A stretch of DNA of 64,000 nucleotides, from contig CAWJPT010000007.1 in the NCBI GenBank assembly GCA_963844835.1, forward strand, positions 396,251 through 460,250. Direction: 5' to 3'. A model generated the notes under the pieces. The model saw nothing but the letters and a program-made list of their open reading frames with translations. It was not told the origin of the DNA and made no database searches. Made by a program: the position numbers and the translations under genes. How positions within the stretch are numbered: the stretch's first letter is position 1; each line of letters starts with the position of its first letter. The stretch comes from an uncultured bacterium (GTDB taxonomy: Bacteria > Actinomycetota > Acidimicrobiia > Spongiisociales > UBA5794). Below, piece by piece: positions 1-9,287 of this stretch.

Positions 1-523
1 AGAGCTGGATCGCTTCAGCGGTGAGCGGATCTCCGGCCTCGTATGCGTGGATCGTCTTGTGCTCCGCGCCGTGGTATTGGAAAACACGCTGGATCTCCTT
101 CGACCGGGAGATCACCCAGATATACAGCACTATCAAAGCGATCCGCAGCACACCGTCGATGACCACAAACGCAAGCGAGGAATCAGAGACGAAATCCTTG
201 AGGTAGTGCGCCGCAAACGCCGGGAGCAGGATGAACAGCGCCAGCGCGACCACCACCGCAAGCACCATCGTCCAGAGCACCTGACCCTTGGTCAGCTCCT
301 CCTCTTCCTCAGCGCCGGATTGGATCGCCGACCAGGAGAGCGCCTTGAACCCGAGTTGGAGCGATTCGACGAGAACCAGGACGCCGCGGATGAATGGGAC
401 ACGCCGCCATCGGGACTGACCGCTCAGCTTGGGAAGGTCGTTGCGTTGCGAGATGATCGTGCCGTCGGGACGACGGCAGGCAACAGCCCACTGATTCGGA
501 GCGCGCATCATCACGCCCTCCAT
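1..523 (-). CDS. DUF1385 domain-containing protein (partial, continues beyond window start)
   Basis: The minus-strand frame is open from the ATG at 521-523 to the window edge. Translation MEGVMMRAPNQWAVACRRPDGTIISQRNDLPKLSGQSRWRRVPFIRGVLVLVESLQLGFKALSWSA...FQYHGAEHKTIHAYEAGD fits the DUF1385/YqhQ-type family that commonly follows rpmE. It is absent from the ORF track because it is truncated. Confidence 0.7.
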   Translation of the reverse strand, partial: MEGVMMRAPNQWAVACRRPDGTIISQRNDLPKLSGQSRWRRVPFIRGVLVLVESLQLGFKALSWSAIQSGAEEEEELTKGQVLWTMVLAVVVALALFILLPAFAAHYLKDFVSDSSLAFVVIDGVLRIALIVLYIWVISRSKEIQRVFQYHGAEHKTIHAYEAGDPLTAEAIQL

Positions 524-578
524 GACGGCCTGGCCGCCAACACTTGCTCCAGGCGAGCGGGACAATTGGCTACCCCGT

Positions 579-873
579 CTACTTGTCGGAGTCGGTTGAT
601 TCCTTGGCCTTGCGCTCGGTATCGACGCCAACCTTGGCGTAGCGGCGCCGGAACCGCTCGACGCGGCCACCGGAGTCGACGAGGATCTGCTTACCCGTAT
701 AGAAGGGATGGCTGGCGCTCGAGATCTCCAGCTTGGCAAGCGGATAGGTCTCGCCGTCAGTCCACTCGATCGTCTCGCTGGTCTGGATGGTTGACCTGCG
801 TCAGGAAGGCAAAGTCGGACGACGTGTCCTGATACACAACCGGCCGGTATTCGGGATGGAGTTCGGATTTCAC
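579..873 (-). CDS. rpmE2: 50S ribosomal protein L31, type B (Cys-less), interrupted by an apparent 1-nt insertion near 795-805
   Basis: GTG start at 871-873 gives [25 protein letters not shown]. After a +1 shift the frame reads [54 protein letters not shown]...*. The span is 295 nt, not a multiple of 3. The position downstream of rho is canonical. Confidence 0.8.
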
Positions 874-909
874 TGCTTGGCTCCTGGTTCTTTGCAGCAG
901 AAGACTCTA

Positions 910-2380
910 CTACTGCCCGCTCTTGGCCACCTCGGCCAGGAAAGCTGCATTTGACTTCGTGTTCTTGAGACGGTCGATGAGCAACTCGAGAGCGGCCCCC
1001 GGCTCCAATGCCATCAAGACCCTGCGCAGCTTCCAGACCTCGGTCAGCTCGTCGGGATGGAACAGCAGTTCCTCACGACGGGTCCCTGAGGCCTCGATAT
1101 CGATCGCCGGGTAGATACGTTTGTCCGCCAGTTTCCTGTCGAGACGCAACTCCATGTTTCCGGTGCCCTTGAACTCCTCGAAGATGACTTCGTCCATGCG
1201 AGACCCGGTCTCGACGAGGGCCGTGCCCAGAATGGTGAGGCTCCCACCCTCTTCGATGTTTCGGGCGGCACCAAAGAAGCGCTTTGGCGGATAGAGAGCA
1301 GTCGAGTCGACACCACCGGACAGGATCCTGCCCGAGGCGGGCGTAGCGAGGTTGTGCGCCCTGGCGAGCCGGGTGATCGAGTCGAGCAGCACAACGACGT
1401 CTCTGCCCATCTCGACGAGTCGCTTCGCCCGCTCGATCGCCAATTCGGACACCTGTGTGTGCTCCTCGGCGGGACGATCGAAGGTCGAGAAGATGACGTC
1501 GCCGCGCACCGAGCGCTGCATGTCTGTGACTTCCTCGGGCCGCTCGTCAACAAGCACAACCATGAGATGGCACTCCGGGTTGTTGACCGCAATCGAGTTG
1601 GCGAGCTCCTTGAGCACCGTGGTCTTGCCTGCCTTGGGGGGCGAGACGATCAGACCCCGCTGACCTTTCCCGATCGGGGCAATCAGGTCGACGATGCGGG
1701 TGAGGATGTTCTGATGCTGACCGTCCACCTCGAGGCGAAGCCGCACATCCGGGAACAGCGGGGTGAGATTGGAGAACTTGGGCCGGTTCTGCGCCTGATC
1801 TGGGTCGATGTCATTGACCTTCACCGGACGAACCAGCGCGGGGAACTTCTCCTGCGCCCTCGCCGGGCGGATCGGGCCCTCGCAGATATCGCCCTTGCGG
1901 AGCTTGTTCTTGCGGATCTGATTGGCGGGAACGTACACGTCCTGGTCACTCGGCAGATAGCCTCCGCAGCGCAGGAACCCGTAACCCTCGGGGAGGATGT
2001 CGAGGATCCCGGCCCGGACCTCGAGCTCCGACTCGTCGATAGGATCTTGCTGGCGGCGCTTGTTGCGGCGCCGTCGATTGCGGTTGCCGCCGTCGTCCTG
2101 CGACTGATCGTTGTCCTGGCGACCATCACCGTTGCTGGATGTCCTCGCGTCGCCGCTGCCGGCACCGTCAGCGGTGGTGTCGTCACCGGTCTTGACCGTG
2201 GCAACTTCCTCTTCCGGAGGGAGCTCGGGGAGCATCTCCTCATCGAACTTATCTGAGCCGAATGATCGCTGAGATAAGCTTGGACTTCTGCAGTCCGTCG
2301 TGCTCGACGTCGAGCGAACCGGCCATTTCGCGCAGGGCTTCTAGGCCCAGCTCCTGGAGTCTGGCTCGGGTAGTCGTCAT
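910..2380 (-). CDS. rho: transcription termination factor Rho (frame break near 2256 separates the Rho_N domain from the body)
   Basis: The 441-aa ORF 910..2235 has a Walker A motif ([10 protein letters not shown]) and the Rho C-terminal signature ([11 protein letters not shown]). A separate frame from the ATG at 2378-2380 encodes [40 protein letters not shown], a Rho_N/SAP-like domain. It then hits TAA, while the body frame continues [11 protein letters not shown]. Confidence 0.9.
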
Positions 2381-2602
2381 GGGCGATGGTTTCCCTTCAA
2401 CGTGTCTGGCGTGGTTATGCCCGTGGTGCTTCTCCCCCAGGCGAGCGTTTTACCCTACGAGCGAGTGTGAGCACGCTTTCGGCGCAGCGAGCCGCACACG
2501 GGAGAGAGTGGAAACGGATATCGATCCGGGATGTATTTTAACCTCGCCACACGCCTATGCAAGCGGGACCCCGATTTGCAGCTATTTCGAGCCTGCGAAC
2601 CG

Positions 2603-3625
2603 CTACCAGCCCAGCTTCTCCAGAACCGCGTCGAGATGTGCCGGGACCGTCTCGATGTCACCAAAGCCAAGGGCAGCCGTGTCGGGATCCTTCAAGCCGT
2701 GGCCGGTGAGCGTGCAGACGACGGCACCCTGCGGCAGCTCGTCACGGAACTTCAGGATCCCGGCGACGGAAGCAGCCGATGCGGGCTCGCAGAAAACGCC
2801 CTCCCGGGATGCCAGGAGCCGATAGGCGTCGAGGATCTCGTCGTCGGTGACAGCCTCGATGCGCCCACCCGATTCGTCACGTGCCGCGATCGCCTTCTCC
2901 CACGAAGCCGGATTGCCGATGCGGATCGCGGTGGCGATCGTCTCAGGCTCGTCAAATATCTCTCCCGTCACGAGAGGGGCGGCACCGGCAGCCTGGAAGC
3001 CCCACATGTGTGGCGCCTTCTGCTCTTTGGTGTACCCGGCCCAATAGGCGGTGATGTTGCCGGCGTTACCCACTGGGAGGGCATGGACGGTAGGTGCATC
3101 GCCCAGATCCTCGGTGATCTCCCAAGCCGCCGATTGCTGACCCTCGATCCGGAACGGGTTGATCGAGTTCACCAGAGCCACGTCGTGGGTGGAGGTGAGC
3201 GCCAGCACGAGCGAGAGCGCGTCATCGAAGTTGCCGTCGATGGCAACGATGTCGGCACCGTGGCTGACTGCCTGTGCCAGCTTGCCCCGGGCGATCTTGC
3301 CTGCCGGCAGGATCACGATCGCCTTCATGCCGGCACGGGCCGCATACGCCGCCGCCGAAGCCGACGTGTTGCCTGTGGAGGCGCAAGCCACCGCACGAGC
3401 CCCCGACTCGAGCGCCTTGGAGACCGCCATCGTCATACCCCGGTCCTTGAACGAGCCGGTCGGGTTTGCCCCGTCGTACTTCAGATAGACCGGGCGATCC
3501 ACCATCGAAGAAACCGTCTTGGCCTCGATCAGCGGAGTGTTGCCCTCGAGCAGAGTGACCACAGGTGTCGCGTCGCTGACCGAGAGCCGATCACGGTACT
3601 TGTCGATGACTCCCGGCCAGCTCAT
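2603..3625 (-). CDS. thrC: threonine synthase
   Basis: PLP-lysine motif [12 protein letters not shown] and [17 protein letters not shown] are present. The likely start is [14 protein letters not shown] (ATG 3623-3625), which overlaps the hom stop as ATGA. The upstream part of ORF 2603..3766 actually covers the hom C-terminus in another frame. Confidence 0.9.
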   Translation of the reverse strand: MSWPGVIDKYRDRLSVSDATPVVTLLEGNTPLIEAKTVSSMVDRPVYLKYDGANPTGSFKDRGMTMAVSKALESGARAVACASTGNTSASAAAYAARAGMKAIVILPAGKIARGKLAQAVSHGADIVAIDGNFDDALSLVLALTSTHDVALVNSINPFRIEGQQSAAWEITEDLGDAPTVHALPVGNAGNITAYWAGYTKEQKAPHMWGFQAAGAAPLVTGEIFDEPETIATAIRIGNPASWEKAIAARDESGGRIEAVTDDEILDAYRLLASREGVFCEPASAASVAGILKFRDELPQGAVVCTLTGHGLKDPDTAALGFGDIETVPAHLDAVLEKLGW

Positions 3626-4913
3626 GATTCCTCGCTCTCCACCCGGATGGCCGCGGCGACTGCGTCGACACAGTCGAGATCGCGGACGGCGGCGAGCGCC
3701 TGTTGCTGGTCGGCCTCCGGTGCGCTGATGGGTGACGATCAACAAGCGTGGCGCCGTCACCGGCACCTTCCTGCCACACCGACTTGATGCTCACCTTGGC
3801 CTCCCCGAAGGCGGCGGCGATCTGAGCGAGCACACCGGGCTCGTCCACTACCTCGAGCCGGACATACCACTTGGTGGGCACCGTCCCGAAGTCGGCGAGC
3901 GCCGACGGGGCAAAACGGATCCGCGGCGCCACCTGGGCACCTGCGAGGATCTCCCGGGCAGCATCGATGATGTCGCCGAGCACCGCAGTTGCGGTCGGCT
4001 CGCCGCCTGCTCCCGGACCGGCGAACAGCAGAGTGTCGATCGATGGGCCTTCGATGAAGATGGCGTTGGTCGCACCCCTGATGGCCGAGAGAGGATGAGC
4101 TATGGGCAGCAGGACGGGGTGCACCCGTGCCGAAACCCCGTGCGGGGTTGTCTCTGCAATGCCGAGCAGCTTGATCGACGTAGCCCAGGTTCCTGGCATG
4201 AGCGATGTCGGCCGCTGTGATCGCGGTGATGCCGGTGTGTGGCACCTGGTCGAGACCAACCCACGTGCCGAACGCGAGGCTCGCCAGGATCGCCGCCTTG
4301 GCGGCAGCGTCAGCACCCTCGACATCTGCGGTCGGGTCCGGCTCGGCGTAGCCCAGGTCCTGCGCCTGGGACAGCGCGTCCTCGTAGGAGGCCCCGTCCT
4401 CAGACATGCGGGTGAGGATGTAGTTGGTGGTTCCGTTGACGATCCCCATCACCCTGGTGATGCGCTCACCCGCCAGGGTCTCCGAGAGCGGCCTGATGAT
4501 GGGGATGCCGCCGCCCACCGAAGCCTCGAAGAGCAGGGCAACTCCGGACCGTTCGGCCGCGGCGATGAGATCGTCTCCGCGCGACGGCAATCAATTCCTT
4601 GTTGGCGGTGACGACCGGCTTGCCTGCCTCGAGAGCCCGCAGCACCAGGTCCCCGGCAGGCTGCCTGCCCCCCATCACCTCGACAACGAGGTCCACGTCA
4701 GGGTCGTCCACAGAGCCGCGGCATCTGTGGTGAGCACACCCGTCGGGCACCTCGAAGTTGCGCGGCTTGCTCAGGTCACGGACCACCACCCGTCGAATCT
4801 GCAGATCGAGCCCGGTCTTGGCAGCGATCGCCGCATGGTCCGTGACAAGTCGACTGAATCAGCGAGCCGCCCACCGTTCCTGCGCCAAGAAGGCCAATCC
4901 CAATCGTATTCAT
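3622..4913 (-). pseudogene. hom: homoserine dehydrogenase, disrupted by at least 7 frame changes as sequenced
   Basis: Conserved Hom segments are spread over ORFs 4776..4976 (MNTIGIGLLGAGTVGG), 4466..4789, 3757..4590 (FEASVGGGIPIIRPL...NGTTNYILT) and 3591..4325 (ACT domain VPTKWYVRLEVVDEPGVLAQIAAAF). Two further frames near 3700-3745 encode LLIVTHQRT and then [32 protein letters not shown]. Confidence 0.85.
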
Positions 4914-4959
4914 GGGGCGACGATAGCCTTTGCAGTCCGATCTGCAGATTACGCCGGCA

Positions 4960-6237
4960 CTAGGTGGATACGTCACGCCGGATCAAGTCGGCGTATTCCT
5001 CGCGACGGACGACGAGCCTACTGCTACCGCCGCTCACGAAGACGACGGCAGGGCGTAGCACCATGTTGTAGTTGGAGCCCATCGAGTGGCCGTATGCGCC
5101 GGTGACCGGAGTGCACAAGATGTCGCCGACGACGATGTCGGAGGGCACATACGCCTCATTGACGATGACGTCGCCCGACTCGCAATGCTTGCCGACCACA
5201 CGCACTGCCTTGTCCCGGGGTGCATCTGCCTCGCGGGGCAGAAACGCCTCGTATCCGCTGCCGTACAGCACAGGCCTCGGATTGTCACTCATTCCACCGT
5301 CGACTGCCACATACGTGCGGATCGACTTGATGTCCTTGATTGTGCCGACTGTGTACAGGGTGACCGCGGCGCGGGCCACGATTGCCCGGCCCGGCTCGGC
5401 CGTCACCCGTGCCTGGATCCCGTGCTCCCGGCAGGCGTCCTTGACAGACTTCGCCCATTCGGTGATGGTCGGCGCTGCCTCCCCGGTGACGTAGGCGACA
5501 CCGAGCCCACCGCCGATGGATACTTCGCGGAGCCGGTGCTCGGTGACGAATGGGGCGAGAGCACCGATCGCTTTGCGGTAGGAATCGGCCACGAACACCT
5601 GGCTGCCGATGTGAGCGTGGATGCCCACGAGATCCATCGCCGCCGAGTCCCCTGCGAGCTCGACCGCACGATCGGCGTCGCCGGTCGACACCCCAAAGCC
5701 GAACTTCGAATCTGGGACTCCGGTCTGGAGATACTCGTGGGTGTGCACGTCGATGCCCGGATTGATCCTGATCAGCACGGAAGGCGGCTTGAAGCCCCCG
5801 GCGACGAGGGCACCGATCCGCTCGATCTCCTCGAACGAGTCGATCACGATCCTGCCGACACCTGCCTCCAGCGCCATTTCGAGCTCGCGAAGCGACTTGT
5901 TGTTGCCGTGCATGACGAGCCGGTCGGCGGGAACACCTGCGGAAAGGGCGACGTGGAGCTCACCGCCGGTGGCAACGTCGAGATGCATTCCCTCTTCCCA
6001 GGCGAGTCGGGCCATGGCCTGGGACAGAAATGCCTTGGTGGCGTAGGCAACTCCGTCACCGAACGCGGCAACGGCTTCCCGGCATCGTGCCCTCAGGTGA
6101 TCTTCGTCATAGACAAAGAGCGGCGTCCCGTATTCGGTAGCGAGATCGAGCAGGTCGACACCACCGATGGCGAGCCTGCCCGCCACCTTCGTGGAGTTCT
6201 CGGGAAGGAGGTACGGGGCGATCGGCTCGCGGCTCAC
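4960..6237 (-). CDS. lysA: diaminopimelate decarboxylase
   Basis: Intact 425-aa ORF with typical LysA motifs (YATKAF, HIGSQ, CESGD). It lies in conserved argS-lysA-hom synteny. Confidence 0.92.
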   Translation of the reverse strand: MSREPIAPYLLPENSTKVAGRLAIGGVDLLDLATEYGTPLFVYDEDHLRARCREAVAAFGDGVAYATKAFLSQAMARLAWEEGMHLDVATGGELHVALSAGVPADRLVMHGNNKSLRELEMALEAGVGRIVIDSFEEIERIGALVAGGFKPPSVLIRINPGIDVHTHEYLQTGVPDSKFGFGVSTGDADRAVELAGDSAAMDLVGIHAHIGSQVFVADSYRKAIGALAPFVTEHRLREVSIGGGLGVAYVTGEAAPTITEWAKSVKDACREHGIQARVTAEPGRAIVARAAVTLYTVGTIKDIKSIRTYVAVDGGMSDNPRPVLYGSGYEAFLPREADAPRDKAVRVVGKHCESGDVIVNEAYVPSDIVVGDILCTPVTGAYGHSMGSNYNMVLRPAVVFVSGGSSRLVVRREEYADLIRRDVST

Positions 6238-7997
6238 ATGCGCTCCGGCACTTCGATGGCGAGCAGCTCGAGCAGCGTGGTCACCTCGGCAAGTGTCATC
6301 TCAACCAGGTGAATCCACGAAGCTTGCCGGGCTGGATCGTCCTCGTTGAGGATGTGGCACGCCTCGTAGAAGCGGCTGAATTCGGCAATCAGCTCGTAGG
6401 CATACTCTGCAATGTGGTTCGGTGCCCTGTGCTCTGCGGCACGCTCGACTACCTCGGGGAGCCGCGCCACCTGGAGCATGAGATTGCGCTCCTGATCCAT
6501 CTCCGGTGGTGCAATCGGCCCTGCCCCGAGCCCGCGTTCTGCGGTCTCCCGCAGGATCGACTTCATCCGCACCGCCCCATAAAGGAGGTACGGGCCCGTC
6601 TTGCCGTCGAAGGACGTGAAGCGGTCGATGTCGAAGATGTAGTTGGACGATCGATGGTTCTGCAGATCGCCGTACTTGAGCGCGGCGACCCCAACCATCT
6701 CGGCGATCGCAGCCTTCTCTTCACCGCTGAACTCAGTGGCGAGAGCATTCTCCTCGATCCGATCTGCCGCTCGCGTCACCACCATGTCGATGAGCTCGCG
6801 CAGGGTCATCAGGCCGCCGTCGCGAGTACGGAACGGCTTTCCGTCCGGTCCGTTGACCGTGCCGTTGCCCGGATGCTCCAAGACGACATCGGGTGGGGCG
6901 ATCCCGGTCTTGTAGGCGGCCCTGAAGACCTGCTCGAAGTGGAGACCCTGCCGGACATCTACGAAGTAGAGGATCTCCTCGGCACCCAACTCGACGACTC
7001 GATCCTCGATGGTCGCCAGATCCCACGTGGTGTAGAGGGAGGCACCATCCGATTTGAGGAGCAGGAACGGCGGTATCTCCTTGGTGTCTTCGTCGGTCGC
7101 CACTTCGATGACAAGCGCCCCATCGCTCTCGACGGCGTATCCCTCCGCTACCAATCTCTTCACCATGGGCTCGAGCCGATGGTTGATGGTGCTCTCGCCG
7201 TGCCAGAGCTCGAAATGCACGTTGAGCCGGTTGTAGACCTTCTGCATCGCCGCGATCGAGACATTCCGCATGTGCTGCCAGAGCGCCCTGTACCCGGGCC
7301 TACCGGACTGGAGCTCGACAACGGCGGCACGCGCCCGTGCGGCAAACTCAGGGTCATCCTTCGCCCGAGCTGCTGCCTCCGGGTACATGACCTGGAGATC
7401 GGCGATGTCGACGGGTGATTGCTCCGGATAACCGTCGGTCCTCAACTCATCGAAGTAAGGCCACTCGGGATACCGGTCCTGCAGCTCGGCGATGAGCTGA
7501 CCATACGGCATCCCCCAGTCTCCGAGGTGGACGTCTCCGATGACATCGTGACCGAGGAAACGCATCACTCTCTTGATGCTCTCGCCGATGATGGCAGGGC
7601 GTAGGTGGCCGACGTGCAGTTCCTTGGCGACGTTGGGACCGCCGTAGTCGACGACGATCTTCTTCGCATTCGCACGCGCGGTGCCGAAGCGGTCGTCCAA
7701 ACCGTCGATGTGACCGGCGAGATAGTCGTCGGTGAGTGTGATGTTGATGAAACCCGGTCCAGCGAGCTCGAGCTTGCTGAAGGGTGAGGTGTCGCCTATC
7801 GAATCGAGGACTGCCTGTCCAATCTCGCGAGGACTGCGCTTAGCCGCCTTTGCCGCAGGCATCGCACCGTTGCACTGGAACTGGGCGAGATCAGGACGCG
7901 CCGAGACGACTACCTGGCCGAAGGAGCGATCGAGCCCTTGCGCCTCGAACGCATCTCCAAAGAATTCTGACAAGCTGGCGGCGAGCGACATAGACAT
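6234..7997 (-). CDS. argS: arginine--tRNA ligase
   Basis: The ArgS sequence starts at MSMSLAASLSEFFGDAFEAQG (ATG 7995-7997) and contains HVGHLR (HIGH-type) and the anticodon-binding C-terminus. The 844-aa track ORF reads upstream through the tRNA and the IS, and that part is not real. Confidence 0.9.
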   Translation of the reverse strand: MSMSLAASLSEFFGDAFEAQGLDRSFGQVVVSARPDLAQFQCNGAMPAAKAAKRSPREIGQAVLDSIGDTSPFSKLELAGPGFINITLTDDYLAGHIDGLDDRFGTARANAKKIVVDYGGPNVAKELHVGHLRPAIIGESIKRVMRFLGHDVIGDVHLGDWGMPYGQLIAELQDRYPEWPYFDELRTDGYPEQSPVDIADLQVMYPEAAARAKDDPEFAARARAAVVELQSGRPGYRALWQHMRNVSIAAMQKVYNRLNVHFELWHGESTINHRLEPMVKRLVAEGYAVESDGALVIEVATDEDTKEIPPFLLLKSDGASLYTTWDLATIEDRVVELGAEEILYFVDVRQGLHFEQVFRAAYKTGIAPPDVVLEHPGNGTVNGPDGKPFRTRDGGLMTLRELIDMVVTRAADRIEENALATEFSGEEKAAIAEMVGVAALKYGDLQNHRSSNYIFDIDRFTSFDGKTGPYLLYGAVRMKSILRETAERGLGAGPIAPPEMDQERNLMLQVARLPEVVERAAEHRAPNHIAEYAYELIAEFSRFYEACHILNEDDPARQASWIHLVEMTLAEVTTLLELLAIEVPERM

Positions 7998-8068
7998 CCC
8001 TGACGGTAGGCGTGCAAGGATAGGCCCGAGGGCCGACAGCAACGTCAGCTTGGTACACTCCCCTCCGC

Positions 8069-8140
8069 GCCCCAGTAGCTCAGGGGATAGAGCACCGGCC
8101 TCCGGAGCCGGGAGCGCAGGTTCGAATCCTGCCTGGGGCA
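8069..8140 (+). tRNA. tRNA-Arg (anticodon CCG)
   Basis: Hand-folded cloverleaf. Acceptor GCCCCAG/CTGGGGC, D-arm GCTC-AGGGGATA-GAGC, anticodon arm CCGGC-CTCCGGA-GCCGG, variable GAGC, T-arm GCAGG-TTCGAAT-CCTGC, discriminator A. No encoded CCA. Confidence 0.9.
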
Positions 8141-8150
8141 CGATGTGCAG

Positions 8151-9146
8151 CTGATGCTGACGCGTTACACATGTGGGTTCTGTGTTTTCTGTTTTAGTCG
8201 TTCGTAGGGTGTTTGTCCGTTGAGGCCGCCGTGGGGTCGGTTGAAGTTGTAGAAGTCTTCCCACTCTTGCAGCTTGTCGTTGAATAGTTCGGTATCGTCG
8301 ATGACGACTCCGTTGAGCATTCGGTAGAACTCTTCTTCGTCGATGCGGTGGGATCTTTCGACTTTGCCGTTCAATCTGGGGGTGGCGGGTTTGATGTAGA
8401 CGTGTCTGATGCCCCGGTCGAGGACGTGGTAGTGGAACTGGGATCCGAACTCGCCGCCGTTGTCGGTTTGGATCTTCTCGACTCGGAATGGGAGTCTGGC
8501 GAGTAGGTAGTCGAGGAACTGGATGGCGGTCTTCTGGTTGCAGCGGGGATAGGCGCGGAGGACTCGGAGTCGGGTGCAATCGTCGATGGCAGTGAACTGG
8601 TAGAAGCGTTTCCCTGCGCCTCCGATGGGGGTGATGAACTTGACGTCGACCTGCACAGCGTGCCCCGGTTTGGGTTTCTCGTAGCGTTTCCAGCGTTCTC
8701 GGATAGGCTCTTGTGTTTCTGGGACGCTGTGCAGCCGATTCAGGTCGAGTCGCTGCAGGATCCGCCACACCCCAGACTTGGAGATTCGATGTCGTGATAC
8801 CGCTTGAGATACATCGAGATCTTGCGCCGGCCCGAAGTGATAGTGCTGCCGCAGATAGATGATCTTGCCCACCACCTCAGCCGACGTGGCGTTCGGGCTG
8901 TAGATGCGGACGACGGAGACCGGTCACGGAGCCCCTCGAGACCCTTCTCCTCATAGCGGCGCAACCACCGGTAGAACGTCGGCCGGCTAATCCCGAAATA
9001 GCGGCACGTATGAGCAACGTCCCCCGTCACCGCCTCAACATGACGAATGACCGCCAGACGATGATTCACCAACCGTTGCTGTTCACGTTCTGCCACAGCT
9101 CTCCTCCTCCTATTGGAGAACCCAACGTGTAACCCATGTCTGTCAG
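8151..9146 (-). mobile_element. IS481-family insertion sequence (~1.0 kb), boundaries approximate
   Basis: A DDE/rve transposase is flanked by imperfect terminal inverted repeats: left CTGATGCTGACGCGTTACACATGTGGGTTCT, and reverse complement of the right end CTGACAGACATGGGTTACACGTTGGGTTCT. It lies between tRNA-Arg and a terminator hairpin. Confidence 0.65.
8165..9096 (-). pseudogene. IS481-family transposase (HTH plus rve integrase core), at least 4 frame changes as sequenced
   Basis: N-terminal HTH is MAEREQQRLVNHRLAVIRHVE...ISRPTFYRWLRRYEEKGLEGLRDRS (ORF 8740..9096). The core is QTDNGGEFGSQFHYHVLDRGIRHVYIKPATPRLNGKVERSHR (ORF 8165..8875). The segments RRPH, SPNATSAEVVGKIIYLRQHYHFGPA and KISMYLKRYHDIE lie in alternating frames between about 8790 and 8915. 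Confidence 0.8.
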
Positions 9147-9168
9147 TTCCAGACCCTCGGCTCCACCA

Positions 9169-9197
9169 GGACCCGATCTATTCGATCGGGTCCTTTT
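9169..9197 (+). terminator. intrinsic-terminator-like hairpin GGACCCGATC-TATTC-GATCGGGTCC followed by TTTTGTG
   Basis: Perfect 10-bp GC-rich stem, 5-nt loop and T-tract on the plus strand. It is probably the original terminator of tRNA-Arg, now displaced about 1 kb by the IS. It also lies about 95 nt downstream of the giant minus-strand ORF. Confidence 0.6.
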
Positions 9198-9287
9198 GTG
9201 TTCTGTGTGGTCCTGGAGTTGGGCCATGAAGAGACCGGATTGGCGGCAGGCGAGTAGTGTGTCGCCCTGATTCAGGCTCTCTCTGCT

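Noticed and set aside
2531-7418. Long plus-strand ORFs 2531..3787, 5086..6312 and 6309..7418
   Set aside because: They are antisense to thrC, lysA and argS respectively, and have no recognisable protein features.
7998-8768. N-terminal 257 aa of the 844-aa track ORF 6234..8768
   Set aside because: This part reads through tRNA-Arg and the IS transposase in a non-coding frame (Pro/Arg-rich). The genuine ArgS N-terminus starts at 7997.
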